Shown here: positions 25,988 to 37,880 of the stretch, in pieces
How positions within the stretch are numbered: the first letter of the stretch is position 1
How the letters are laid out: each line of letters begins with the position of its first letter
Assembly: GCA_012295275.1 (NCBI GenBank)
Contig: CM022677.1
Coordinates: forward strand, 4,712,001-4,776,000
Direction of reading: 5' to 3'
Length of the DNA: 64,000 nt
Origin: Chrysomallon squamiferum
Taxonomy: Eukaryota; Animalia; Mollusca
Translations under genes and position numbers: made by a program
Notes under the pieces: generated by a model
Seen by the model: only the letters and a program-made list of their open reading frames with translations
Databases searched by the model: none
Told to the model about the DNA's origin: nothing

Positions 25988-26709
25988 GATCTCTTTACTT
26001 CTACATCATTTTCTCTGTTTACCAATCTCTATAGTTTTATTTATTTACATGTCTGTGTCCCTCAGTCTGTTTATACGTGTATTCCTCCATTAAAGGTAGA
26101 ACTAAGATTTACATCTTGAAAAATGTTTTGTCACAGGAATATAGCTCAGCATGGATGTTTAATATACATACAATATAATTTTAACTACACTTGTGTACAT
26201 TTGGACATGTTTAAAGACATCTAATTATGACATTTATTCATCTTCAGGATTTGAGATTCCATTAAACCTGAATATATGAAGACTCAGTTTCTGCTTTCAA
26301 ATACACTGTGGGTTCTGGTGAACTGAACAGATGAGGAGAGGTATGTAAAGACTTTTACAGTATTTTTATCAAATGTTTTGTGTAGAATCTATTTTGTTAA
26401 GCATTGCAGGAGATGAAAACTTAGCTAATATAAAGGTCTTGTCTGTGTGTATGTTTGTGTCAATGATAGAGACTTTGTGTGTGTATCTGATAATTTTTTA
26501 AATGTTATTTCTGTCTCAACAATTTTAACTTTCCCTGCATTTACTTCACTGTACCATACTTTATTTATATTTATATTTACTTTTATTTTATTTTGTCTAT
26601 TTATTTTATTTTTTAATTCATTTCAAATATTTATTTACTCATTTATTTTACTGTTTTTACTTAACTAGTTTCCTAATATTTGTCTCTATACAAGAAAACA
26701 TCATTTCTC

Positions 26710-27318
26710 TCACTAATGTGAAATAGTTAACAGTGAAAGAGTAAACAGTACTTCTATCACTAATGTGAAAGAGTTAATTCAGAAGACACTATTTCAGTCA
26801 CTGATATAAAATAGTTAACAGTGAAAGAGTAAACAGTACTTCTATCATTAATGTGAAACAGTTAATTCAGAAAACACTATTTCAGTCACTGATATAAAAT
26901 AGCTAACAATGAAAGTTAAACTATTTCTGTAACTGATATGAACTTGTTAGTTAACAGTGAAAGTTAACTCAGAAAACATTATTTCAGTTACTAATATGAA
27001 ATTGTTAGTTAACAGTGAAAGTTAACTCAGAAAACATTATTTCTATTACTGATATTAACTTGTTAGTTAACAGTGAAAGTTAACTCAGAAAACATTATTT
27101 CAGTTACTGATATGAAATTGTTAGTTAACAGTGAAAGTTAACTCAGAAAACATTATTTCTATTACTGATATGAAATTGTTAGTTAACAGTGAAAGTTAAC
27201 TCAGAAAACATTATTTCTATTACTGATATGAAATTGTTAGTTAACAGTGAAAGTTAACTCAGAAAACATTATTTCTATTACTGATATGAAATTGTTAGTT
27301 AACAGTGAAAGAGTTAAT
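26710..27318. repeat. 58-bp minisatellite with a related ~106-bp dimeric portion (partner 54090-54810)
   Basis: gttaacagtgaaagttaactcagaaaacattatttctattactgatatgaaattgtta units. Confidence 0.9.
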
Positions 27319-28479
27319 TAGCTCTGTTTTAGGATCTGTATTTTAGCAAGGAAGACTTTTTTAAAAATAACTGAGCAGCTGAACAAACTTGGAAACTTTG
27401 TCAAAAGGTAAATATAAAATAAAATCTAGAGAGATTAGGATAGAGACAGAGAGAAACAGAGAGTGGTTAGAGTGACAGAAAATGAGTCAGTTCAGTTTCA
27501 TGCCTCAGTTCTCATTTTCACCATGATACGGCCATACCAATGTCCATAAAGATGATGTAATTGTTATTATTATTATTGGTGTTGTTGTTGTTTCAGGTTT
27601 TTTAACAAAGCTTTTGCCCTTTTTTGCAAAACTTTGACAGGGTCATTCAAAAGATGAAGGTGACAACTGAAAATGAAAACTTACTAGTCTTCTAAAGGAA
27701 GAACTGAAAACATACGTCGACAATACAGAAAGTGAAATCCATGCGGTAAATATTCAGTTTTTGATTTGGTTATTGTTCTCTCTCTGACTTTTTTTTTAGT
27801 CTTTCTTATTTTTTTCTGTCTGTTGATCTGTATTTTTGTATGGCTGTCTGATTTTATTTCTCTGTCTTTCTCTGTTAATTTATATATACATTCTTCTGTT
27901 ACAGGTACAATTTAGATTTTGTTCTTAATGTTTTGTTACATTTCACTAACTTGAATACAGTTTAATATGGATGTTTTTATTACTACAACAACATTTTAAC
28001 ATACTACACTTTTATATATTTTCACATATTTAAAAAGATCTAATTAATATTCATTGACTTTGATTCAACTTCAGGATTTGAGATTCCACTTGTAATATTC
28101 TGAATATATAAAGGCTTTATGCAGTCAAATTGGTGAAAGAACAGATGACAGAGAGAGAGCTGGTAAATAAGATTTAAAGATGTTCATGTTTTAAACCTGT
28201 ATTTCAAACTAAAATTTAGAAAATTGATTTGGAGAGCTAAATTTGGATTCCTTAACATAAGAAGAGGTTAAAAGTGATATTGAGATTAAAACTGTAATTT
28301 GGACATAGGATCTCAGTACCTCTAATTTTGGGATTAGAAACCAAAAAAGTAAATAAATAAATAATAATATTTTTGTTTCCAGTTCAGCAGCAATAACATC
28401 TATTGATATATTTGATGACAACTCATTTCTCTATTTCAGATCTCGAGCTGGCAACCTGGTCAGTGTTGCAGTAAACATC

Positions 28480-29057
28480 TCACAGCTGTTGTCTGTTCTG
28501 CTACAGATGTACACGTCAGCAACCAGTGAAATGATTTAAATACAACTTACACAGCTGTTGTCTACAGAATTACATGTCAGCAACCAGTGAAATGATTTAA
28601 ACACAACTTACACAGCTGTTGTCTACAGAAACCAGTGAAATGATTTAAATACAACTTACACAGCTGTTGTCTACAGAATTACATGTCAGCAACCAGTGAA
28701 ATGATTTAAACACAACTTACACAGCTGTTGTCTACAGAATTACATGTCAGCAACCAGTGAAATGATTTAAATACAACTTAACTTACACAATTACATTGTC
28801 AACCAGTGAAATACAAATGTCACAGCAACCATGTCAGCAACCAGTGAAATGATTTAAATACAACTTACACAGCTGTTGTCTACAGAATTACATGTCAGCA
28901 ACCAGTGAAATGATTTAAATACAACTTACACAGCTGTTGTCTACAGAATTACATGTCAGCAACCAGTGAAATGATTTAAATACAACTTACACAGCTGTTG
29001 TCTACAGAATTACATGTCAGCAACCAGTGAAATGATTCAAACACAACTTACACAGCT
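28480..29057. repeat. 61-bp minisatellite (partner 52319-52880)
   Basis: cagcaaccagtgaaatgatttaaatacaacttacacagctgttgtctacagaattacatgt units. Confidence 0.95.
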
Positions 29058-29608
29058 AGTTTAATGTCACTCACAACCAGTTTATCTCTATTTTCAAACC
29101 TGGACTCAAATTTGAAAGGTATTGGTTTGTGTGCTAACAACATATAAATCAGAGTAAACTGTTATGAACAAGGCAGTGGGCATGTTGCTGGTTCTCAAGC
29201 GACAGTTAGCCATTGATCAAAGGGAAGATCTCAGTACTATCGACAAAAGTGGAGAAAAGAACGGAAGTTATAGAGAACGCTTAAATAAATCAGATGTGAC
29301 ATTTTGAATACCAATGAAAGCAGTAAATCCTGAATAAAGACGTTTTTGGCAATGTTAAGGATATTTATTAAGTATTAAATATAGATTATGGTATGAGTGT
29401 TGGATGTAAAAACAGATAAAAATGGTTGTTTTATTATTTTTCTTTAAGATGTTTTAAGAATTTTTGATACATAAAAACAATATTAGAAGAAATAATAGTT
29501 TTCACATAAACTTAACCTGAGTCAATACAAATATTTTACTTCAACTGTTTTTGCTTTGTTTGTTTATTTTGTAGAAATTTTGTAAAATAAACTTCAAATA
29601 TATATATA

Positions 29609-30317
29609 CAGGGTGGCCCAGATGTAACCGAACCCGAAAGCTCAATCGATGATCACTGATTTCAAGTCTGCTTCACGAAGTACCGAAGCGATCGATATCA
29701 GGGAGAACTGGTAAAGAGACTTCACGTGCATGGCTGTGTTAACCGGTTTCGTCATCACCACTGAAAGTGTTGCAAAGCCTATTTAAGAGAGGACGGAAAC
29801 CTTCTTCTTTGATAGTCTTCGTTTTATCATTTTTGTCGCCCTCTTTCATTTAACAGACATGGCCAACACACGACACACTTTAAAATTGGAAAAACGTATT
29901 CATGCTGTTAAAAGTTATTATTTGGCAGAGAGGAGTTATAAAAATGTTATTGATCATTGGAATGAATCGTTTGATACACCACCTCCATCAAAATCGTCAA
30001 TCTACGAATTGGTACAAAAATTCAAACGAACTGGCAACGTCGCCGACGCGTATAAACCTGGTGCACCAAGAACAATGAGGACAACTGCCAACCAGGAATT
30101 AGTAGCATCATCATACGTCAACAGTCTTGCAAATCCCAGAGACGTGCTTCTGCAGAGCTGCGCATATCACGATCTTCTTTACAACGCATCACGTCAGATA
30201 TTGGCTTGCACCCATATCGTCCGCGGGAACTATGGGCTCAAAAAAAAAGTAACTGAATCAACCATTGAACGATGTCATCACTGTATTACAAATAATGGTT
30301 ACATCTGGGCCACCCTG
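29609..30317 (+). mobile_element. Non-autonomous (internally deleted) Tc1/mariner element, 709 bp, with perfect 21-bp TIRs and TA target duplication
   Basis: TA-CAGGGTGGCCCAGATGTAACC (29609-29629) ... GGTTACATCTGGGCCACCCTG-TA (30297-30317). ORF 29859 encodes a DUF4817-like HTH N-terminus (PPSKSSIYELVQKFKRTGNV.D...GAPRT); the catalytic domain is deleted. Confidence 0.93.
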
Positions 30318-30664
30318 TATATTGTAAAACAATGACAAAAAAACAACAACAAACAAACAAGTACAATATAGTTTTTAAAATCAATTTTAAGGTTTGAAAT
30401 ATTTCTTACTCTTACTACTCTGTTAATGTTAAATATACACTTTAGAGATATGCAGAATTAAATTGTTTCATGACAAGATCAGAAAAAATCAGTAAATTTT
30501 TTATTGAATGTAAAAATATTAGGTGTTCTTCACAAGGATGGAGTATGCACAAAGACTTAATCACTGAACAGTAACTCGAATCATTGAGCTACAAATGATG
30601 AGGTATGAATGAAGTTATATGTACAAACACAAATGTACACATCCATGCAGATAAGAACATACAG

Positions 30665-30740
30665 ATTATTCAGTTAGCAGCTAAAGATCATTGATATGTA
30701 CCATCCCACATACAGGAGAGTACATACCATAGTCATTATT
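30665..30740 (+). mobile_element. Fragment of an interspersed SINE-like repeat (partner ~51205-51275)
   Basis: ttagcagc...ccatcccaca(g/t)acaggagagtacatacca resembles an abundant repeat I recall from deep-sea peltospirid snail genomes. This is from memory only. Confidence 0.3.
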
Positions 30741-30999
30741 ATATCAGTGCAAAGAATGCCAAATCCAGCTCTCTTGAAAACAGAAAACTAATTTATTGAA
30801 CATATATATTTTCACAACAGCTAACTTATGCCCTTCATAATAAATATATATAGGAATTATCCCCCTTGATGCTAGATTCTTCATTCATTCATTCATTCAT
30901 TTCATTGCTATTAACTAATAGAAAATTTATATTTACGATGCTATCTTATGAATTAAACTTTTCATTCAAATGGTTACATTTTGTTGGGTTTTTCTAAAT

Positions 31000-31700
31000 A
31001 ACACATTCACTCTGGTTTGAAAGATTGTTTTTAATGCACTACTTTGACCACACCCCTTTCAAAGATGGATCACTTTTCTGTGCTTCTCGCAGATTCTTTC
31101 TGATCCAGTTAATTTGTGCAATATAATCAGCAGATGTATTTAACTCGGCAGAACTAAGTGTTTGATCAACAGTAACCACTGCTTGAATAAATTCTCATTC
31201 TGCTCTTTCAGATATCCTTGACAAACATGAACCAGTTTTCCTTCAAACAGATCTAGTAGAAATGCAGGTTTATGAGATCAAGCCACACCTCTCAGAAACT
31301 AGAGGTGAACTGATGTCACAGTAATGGTAGCACACATTCCCCCAAATGTCTGAATGATTATATTTTTGCTTTTTGCAGAGTTATTATTTTTTTTTTTTTA
31401 GCTCTTATACAATAAGTTATAGCATCTTTTACATTTAGGCTCTGCCAAGCTCCTGTGTCTCAAACACTCGAACATCCTAGGAGGATAACTATTTGGTTGA
31501 ATATCACAAATAGTATCCTCGGACGTATATTTAACTCTTTTCTGTGTGTACATCTCTGGTAATTCTGAAATTTTATCATTACATTTAGTCTTAATAAAAC
31601 CTACAGTTTTCTGATTATTTTTTTCTCGTATAACAGTTTGAAACAACATGATCATTCATTTTGCAATAGGAACAACTGATGATTGTGTAACATTCTATTT
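31000..31700 (-). mobile_element. Decayed Gypsy LTR-retrotransposon internal fragment
   Basis: Gag zinc knuckle CSYCKMNDHVVSNC (CX2CX4HX4C, 31633-31674). The pre-integrase segment AELNTSADYIAQINW..LREAQKSDPSLK is homologous to 46470-46570. Confidence 0.75.
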
Positions 31701-31869
31701 GATTTATTTATATTTCATAATCAGTTGATAATTTATGTATTTAGTTACTGTTGTTTCATTTTATTTATATTATTATTTTTAAACTTCATTATTATTATTT
31801 TTTGTTTGAATAGTTTTATTTTTATTTATTATTATTATTTTTAAAAACATTATAAATTGTTACTCAGTT

Positions 31870-32082
31870 TCAATTTTTACGTCAGTTTAGTCAAATCTCT
31901 CTTCTGAACAGTTAATATTATCTAATTCTGTCTCTAAGCAATAATTAAAAACCATCTGAGTTGTCCTTTAAAATTTCATTATTTCAGATAAATGCAATAA
32001 TGATTTTGGTTATCAAGATAACTTATAGTAGAAAGACTTAAAGAAACATCAGAAAGTGAGTTATTTCTGTACATATGTATGT

Positions 32083-32119
<37 letters not shown>

Positions 32120-32830
32120 CACACACACACACACGTTTAACAGAATGGATTTCTTCCTGATAGTTTCCTGCTTTCTTTTCATATAAATGTTTTTGATGTT
32201 TTATACAACACTTGTTTCATTTACAACATTAAAAGGTGTAAAAGTGAATGGAAAGCAGATAACAAAACAGTGGACAAACAAGTAATTTTTATAATTGCAT
32301 CGTGTATTTAATCTGATGTTATAATTATGTTTATTAAAACTAATAAATGTTTCTGGTATTATTCAGAATAAATGAAGAAAATGGCTTGTAAGAAACAAGA
32401 AGATGGATAAAATAAAGTTCAGGAAACAGTTCAAGTGATGAAGAAATTAAACAACTGGAGTGTGTACTTAGTTGACTGGAGAACATGTTACCTCTTTTTC
32501 ACAGAATGGTTATACTGGAATTAATGATGGAACAGAAATGAATGAAGATGAATTAATTGCCTTGAGAATACATTTTTATATAAGCAAAGGGACACAACTT
32601 TGACTAAAGCTTATAATTATTATGACTAAGAATAGTTGCATTCAGTATTAATTAATGAAACTTCAGTTCCTGACACAAATGAAGTCCAGTTTTAAAATCT
32701 CATTTTATGCTGATTTTAAATCAGTGTTAATGACATCTATATTTTCTGACAGAAATAGGTTCTGTGTTAAAATCTCTCTTTGTGGTTTCAAAACTCAGCA
32801 CTAATAATTAATGACAAGAATAAGTCAAGT
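31870..32830 (+). repeat. Older (~75-80% identity) inverted-duplicated block (partner ~43285-43865)
   Basis: For example, ttgactggagaacatgttacctct...tatactggaattaatga and gtccagttttaaaat...ttcaaaactca...aattaatgacaa are found reverse-complemented at 43.3-43.9 kb. Confidence 0.85.
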
Positions 32831-33858
32831 CTTAACAGCTCATTTTGTACTGACAAAGGATTAACTTGATTCTGTTTCCTAGAGCAAGGAATGAATTTGT
32901 ATTTGGGTTTCATATATTACTATGAAACATTACCAACTTCTTTATTGCTTATACAAAACATTAAATGCATTGTCTTAGTGACAGACATTTATTTTATATT
33001 TCAACTGTGTTTTAATTTTTCTCAGTTCATAACAGAAAACATATCAAAATGTTGTTTTTGATTTTTCAATCAAATGTACAAATTTAACCTTTTCCTCTAG
33101 ATTTTTTCATTAATTTTTACAGTTATAAAGACAACTATAATTTAGAAATATAAAACAAATCTCTACATAATTAAGTATTTAATGCTCTAGAAACTATTTT
33201 ATTTTTATGTTTTATTACATTATTGTATGATTACTTATAAATACAGCATTAATCAGATGTAACAAATTAAAAACAAATTACTCCATATAACTGATAGTCT
33301 TTGTGTTTCAGTTGAATTGGTTCTGAATGAGACTGTTGCAGTTACCAACAAATTTAAAACTGCTTTTGGATCCCCCAATTAGTAATTTTTGTTAGGATTA
33401 AGTTTAAACTTAAATTAATCTCAGTATAAGAGAAATGGTTAGTGTTAGGGATATTTTAAATATAAACTGATCTCAAGAAATTCTAAAATTGTAAAACTCA
33501 GTGGAAGTTAAGAAATATATATATAAATAATAAGAAGAAGAAGAAAAAAAATTACCTTAATTTAATATATTTTTCATCGGAAGAGATGTTTATTGCATTC
33601 GTAACAGTTCATTCAATTTTATCTTAAAACAGCATTAATAACGAAAAACAAGACAATAACAGAAAATGAAAAAATAATATTTATTTTAAAAGATATCAAC
33701 ATTAGTAATTATAACTTAAACAACAAGTGTAAGTTAAATAGATATTTCTCTGTACAGAAGACACAGCAGGTACAGATCTAGGGTGTGGTGTGTTAACATA
33801 TTTGTGTGATGAGAAAATACTCCAAATGTTCTCTTACTCCTCTACCATATAAAACTTT

Positions 33859-33940
<82 letters not shown>

Positions 33941-34317
33941 TGATAACACACACACATACATAAACACAGACACTCACAAATGTTTACTATCAAAAGTGTA
34001 CTGAGATTGCCAGCATCCTATTTCATGTATAAAATCCAGAATTTTCACCTGCTTAATAAAATAAATGTTTTACTGTATATAAATAAGACTTTTGAACATA
34101 AATTTCATGTAATAATTAAATGTAGATCAATAAATATCAGAATAAACTGATGTATAACCAAATTCACTGATACTGTGTAATATTATTTCTTGCCAAAGAA
34201 AAAGAAACGGAGATATACGAGAAAGAGAAAAAGAAATAATAATAATAATATGAAAATAATAGTAATAATAACTTTAATAACCCTTATAAAAATAAAATAA
34301 CAGCAACAATAAAAACA

Positions 34318-34378
<61 letters not shown>

Positions 34379-34754
34379 TAATAATAATAATAAATAAAAA
34401 CAACAACAACAACAATAATAATAATAGTATTAATAATAATAATAATAAATAAAAACAATAATAATAATAATAATAATTATAATGATAAAAACAATAGTAA
34501 TACAATTCTACTACTACTACTACTAATAATAATAATAGTAATAACAGTGGTAAAACAAAAAACATCTCTTATACCACATTTTTAAAGAAAGGTTCAATTT
34601 TTTTGTTTTTGACCTGCCATTTGACATCCAAAGTATTACTTTTTTTTCTAGTCAGAGTATGAAGATGTTCACTAAAAAATAAAAATAATAAAAATTAATA
34701 TTAAGAAATTAAAATGAAATATGAATGAAATGTTGAATAAAAGAAGACACAGAC

Positions 34755-35112
34755 ACACACTCACATTTTTAACAATGCTGTTATGGTTAATCTATAAACT
34801 AACAGGCTCAGAGATCACACACACACACACACACACACCCACACACTCACATTTTTAACAATGCTGTTATGGTTAATCTATAAACTAACAGGCTCAGAGA
34901 TCACACACACACATTTTTAACAATGCTGTTATGGTTAATCTATAAACTAACAGGCTCAGAGATCACACACACACACACACACACATTTTTAACAATGCTG
35001 TTATGGTTAATCTATAAACTAACAGGCTCAGAGATCACACACACACACACACACACACACACATTTTTAACAATGCTGTTATGGTTAATCTATAAACTAA
35101 CAGGCTCAGAGA

Positions 35113-35144
<32 letters not shown>

Positions 35145-35192
35145 TTTTAACAATGCTGTTATGGTTAATCTATAAACTAACAGGCTCAGAGA

Positions 35193-35232
<40 letters not shown>

Positions 35233-35471
35233 TTTTAACAATGCTGTTATGGTTAATCTATAAACTAACAGGCTCAGAGATCACACACACACATTTTTAT
35301 TTTACAACAGGCTCAGAGATCACACACACACACACACACACACACACATTTTAACAATGCTGTTATGGTTAATCTATAAACTAACAGGCTCAGAGATCAC
35401 ACATCACACACACACACACACACACACATAAAATGCTGTTATGGTTAATCTATAAACAACAGGCTCAGAGA

Positions 35472-35519
<48 letters not shown>

Positions 35520-35571
35520 TTTTAACAATGCTGTTATGGTTAATCTATAAACTAACAGGCTCAGAGATCAC
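34755..35571. repeat. Compound minisatellite: constant ~52-bp unit + variable (CA)n, ~11 copies
   Basis: atttttaacaatgctgttatggttaatctataaactaacaggctcagagatc(ac)n. Confidence 0.95.
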
Positions 35572-35724
35572 GTCCTGGCCTCAGCTTATAATCAGAATTA
35601 ATTGTAGTAATGTAAAATTACTAAGCTGTCTGTTGAATATACTAACACTAGTTTGAGAAAATATCTAAAATGTGCTTAGACTATTTTTACAGAGTATCAC
35701 CTAAAAAAAATTGTTAGCAAAGAT

Positions 35725-35768
<44 letters not shown>

Positions 35769-35889
35769 GTATCTCTTTAGAAAATCAAATTTAATTTATA
35801 CTGTTTTTAGTAATTAATAAATTAATAATTTAATAATTTAATAAATAAATAAATAAAAACATCCACATTGTTTACATAAACATTAGTTT

Positions 35890-36095
35890 AACCAATCAAA
35901 TGCTGAGATTCCGGGCACCTGCCATCGTATTTGGCTCGAGTTTTGTGACGTCAATCATGCGCTGTGACGACAGTGTTATGGGGTCCTTACACAAAGTTGG
36001 TGGAAGTTGCGTAAACAAACTTTCGTAAAGGGAGCTCACTTAAAATCTTTTACAGTCACTTCATCTGCTGAAACTGGTAATTTAATAAGGTAACC
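35890..36095 (+). promoter_or_regulatory. Candidate promoter / first exon
   Basis: CpG cluster, CCAAT box (~35892), perfect CRE TGACGTCA (35946-35953) and donor AAG|GTAACC (~36089). Confidence 0.45.
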
Positions 36096-36822
36096 ATTTT
36101 TTTTCACCATTTAACTTACATAGGATCTTTGTTGCCCTATTCCCGGAGTATCTGCTATTTTCATATAATTTTTGAGAATCCAACGCAAAAAGAACGTCCA
36201 AATATTTTGACCCTACAGTATTATGAGTATATGATCTCAGTATTTTCTAATGTAATCTATCGTCCTACAGTAGATGTTGATCACAAGTTTCTCTGTAAAA
36301 CATAACAACAAAATTATTAATATTTATCATGAGAAATAATATTTTAAAAACATCGCAATTCGAAATTCATAAACTTAAATCATTTCAAATAGACTTACTA
36401 AAAGTAATTTCACCAGTATTAACTGCACTTACTTTCCCAACGATTTTATAATCTCGTATACATCCAGTAATATTAAATAATTTTAACTATCCTTCTTTCA
36501 TTTAGATATTTGGCTATCACTGTTATACTGTTACTAATTTATTACTTTATATATTAAAATGTATTATAATATTACTGGTTAAGAAATTATATGTATACTG
36601 ATTTGGCACTTAGATGTTGTTATTTCCACCTGACTTAAAGCAGTATTTTTAGGATGTAAATTTTCTTTACTAATAATAACTGATCAGGTTTGCATGCATT
36701 GTGCAAATCAGAGTTCTTTAGTTAAATTAAACATCAGTTTTTCTTTCAAACATTTGACATTCTAGTTTTTATTGATTAAAAGCAAAACCATTATAAGAAA
36801 TATTAAATTATGATCCTTTCAG

Positions 36823-37880
36823 TGTGGTCCCCCTTGGATAAGAATATCTGATTTGTCAGGGTGTGGTCAAGGTGGTGCATGCACAACCACAGAAGCCTGT
36901 ACTGGAGGATCATGTAACAGAGGTGATTATTTTAATTTATATAGCAGGAAGAATTTTAAAATGACCAAGAATTAATTCCTGTGTCTGCTTTCATCAAAAT
37001 TATAAATCTAGTCATATCAATAAAGAGCTTCTTAAATTATTTTTATAATTAGGTGAATTGAATATGTGTTAAATTTGATGAAACTGTCTGCATTTTCTGT
37101 CTAACGTCTGAAATACAAAATTATGTGTTTAGCATTTATCTATGACATTGTTAAAAACTATTTAATTCTCAATTTTATTTTATTTATTTATTTATTCTTT
37201 AATTTTACTCTTACAGCTGACCGTGCCTGGACTGCATGGTCACTTCAGAGACTGGGTAGTTGTGGTGAAACATGTGGTAGAGGCACTAGAAGAAGATTTG
37301 AGATAAGAACATCAACAAATTCTGCACACCTAAGAATGGAGGCAAAGATTGAGGAACAGATGACAGGAGGAATCTTCACGAAGCATGTGAAACAAATGTC
37401 TTATGTCCAGGTAACAAGCAATAATTAAATCAAATATATTCATACTGTAATTTTCTTTTAAACAAATTATAAACAGACAGGTGGCATGTTGTTTCCTGTG
37501 AGGCATCTGTTCTAAGATGACAATAAATAACAATCTCTAGATTGTGAGGAAAGGTGTTGTCACTAAATAATCTGAGGAATAAAATTACTTCTCTGCCTAC
37601 AAAAGTGAAATGTGATTCAAATAATAAAATATTTATTTAATGATTTCTCTAAAATTCAGTTGTTAATGATTTGGTGGAACTTTAAGGCCAATGAATTACA
37701 TTAGGTTTATTGAAATCCATTAAAACCATTACATTTCTAAAGTTATAATGTATATTTTTATTCCATTTATTCAAAACTATTTTTGTTAGTGCTTATGTTT
37801 ATGGTGCCTGATCTGCAACATGTGGATCTGCTACACTGACTGGTAGAAGGTTATTTAACAATCTAGCTGATGATCCATGC
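36823..37880 (+). pseudogene. Thrombospondin type-1 (TSP1) repeat gene remnant; exons ~36823-36922, 37217-37410, ~37790-37879
   Basis: DRAWTAWS...SCGETCGRGTRRR..RTSTNSA/PKNGGKD*G...EACETNVLCP follows the hemicentin-type TSP1 consensus (W..WS..CS.TCG.G.R.R.C..P.P.NGG..C). It has a frameshift and a TGA at a conserved Cys. Splice sites are canonical. Confidence 0.8.

Larger units (their letters stand above)
18163..28162 (+). pseudogene. Multi-exon decayed gene with ankyrin-like N-terminal exons; later exons possibly ZU5/UPA/death-domain-like
   Basis: DGNTALHITAQ (18163) fits the ankyrin G-x-TALH motif, exon 18404-18487 ends in CNIINK, and the next exon has VAESGNL. Further AG/GT-bounded GC-richer blocks lie at ~19460, 20918, 21570, 22437, 22849, 23853, 24511, 25677, 26248, 27333, 27598 and 28075, with many stops and frameshifts. 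The downstream domain assignment is weak. Confidence 0.5.
23440..30956 (+). repeat. Inner inverted-duplication block, left arm (partner ~50997-57725)
   Basis: Identical or near-identical ORF-track peptides on opposite strands (24646+/56701-, 25701-/55487+, 26447+/54839-) and colinear tandem arrays. Confidence 0.97.

Noticed and set aside
34755-35571. Repeat-spacer-like array resembling CRISPR
   Set aside because: The spacers are just (CA)n, the context is eukaryotic, and there are no cas genes.
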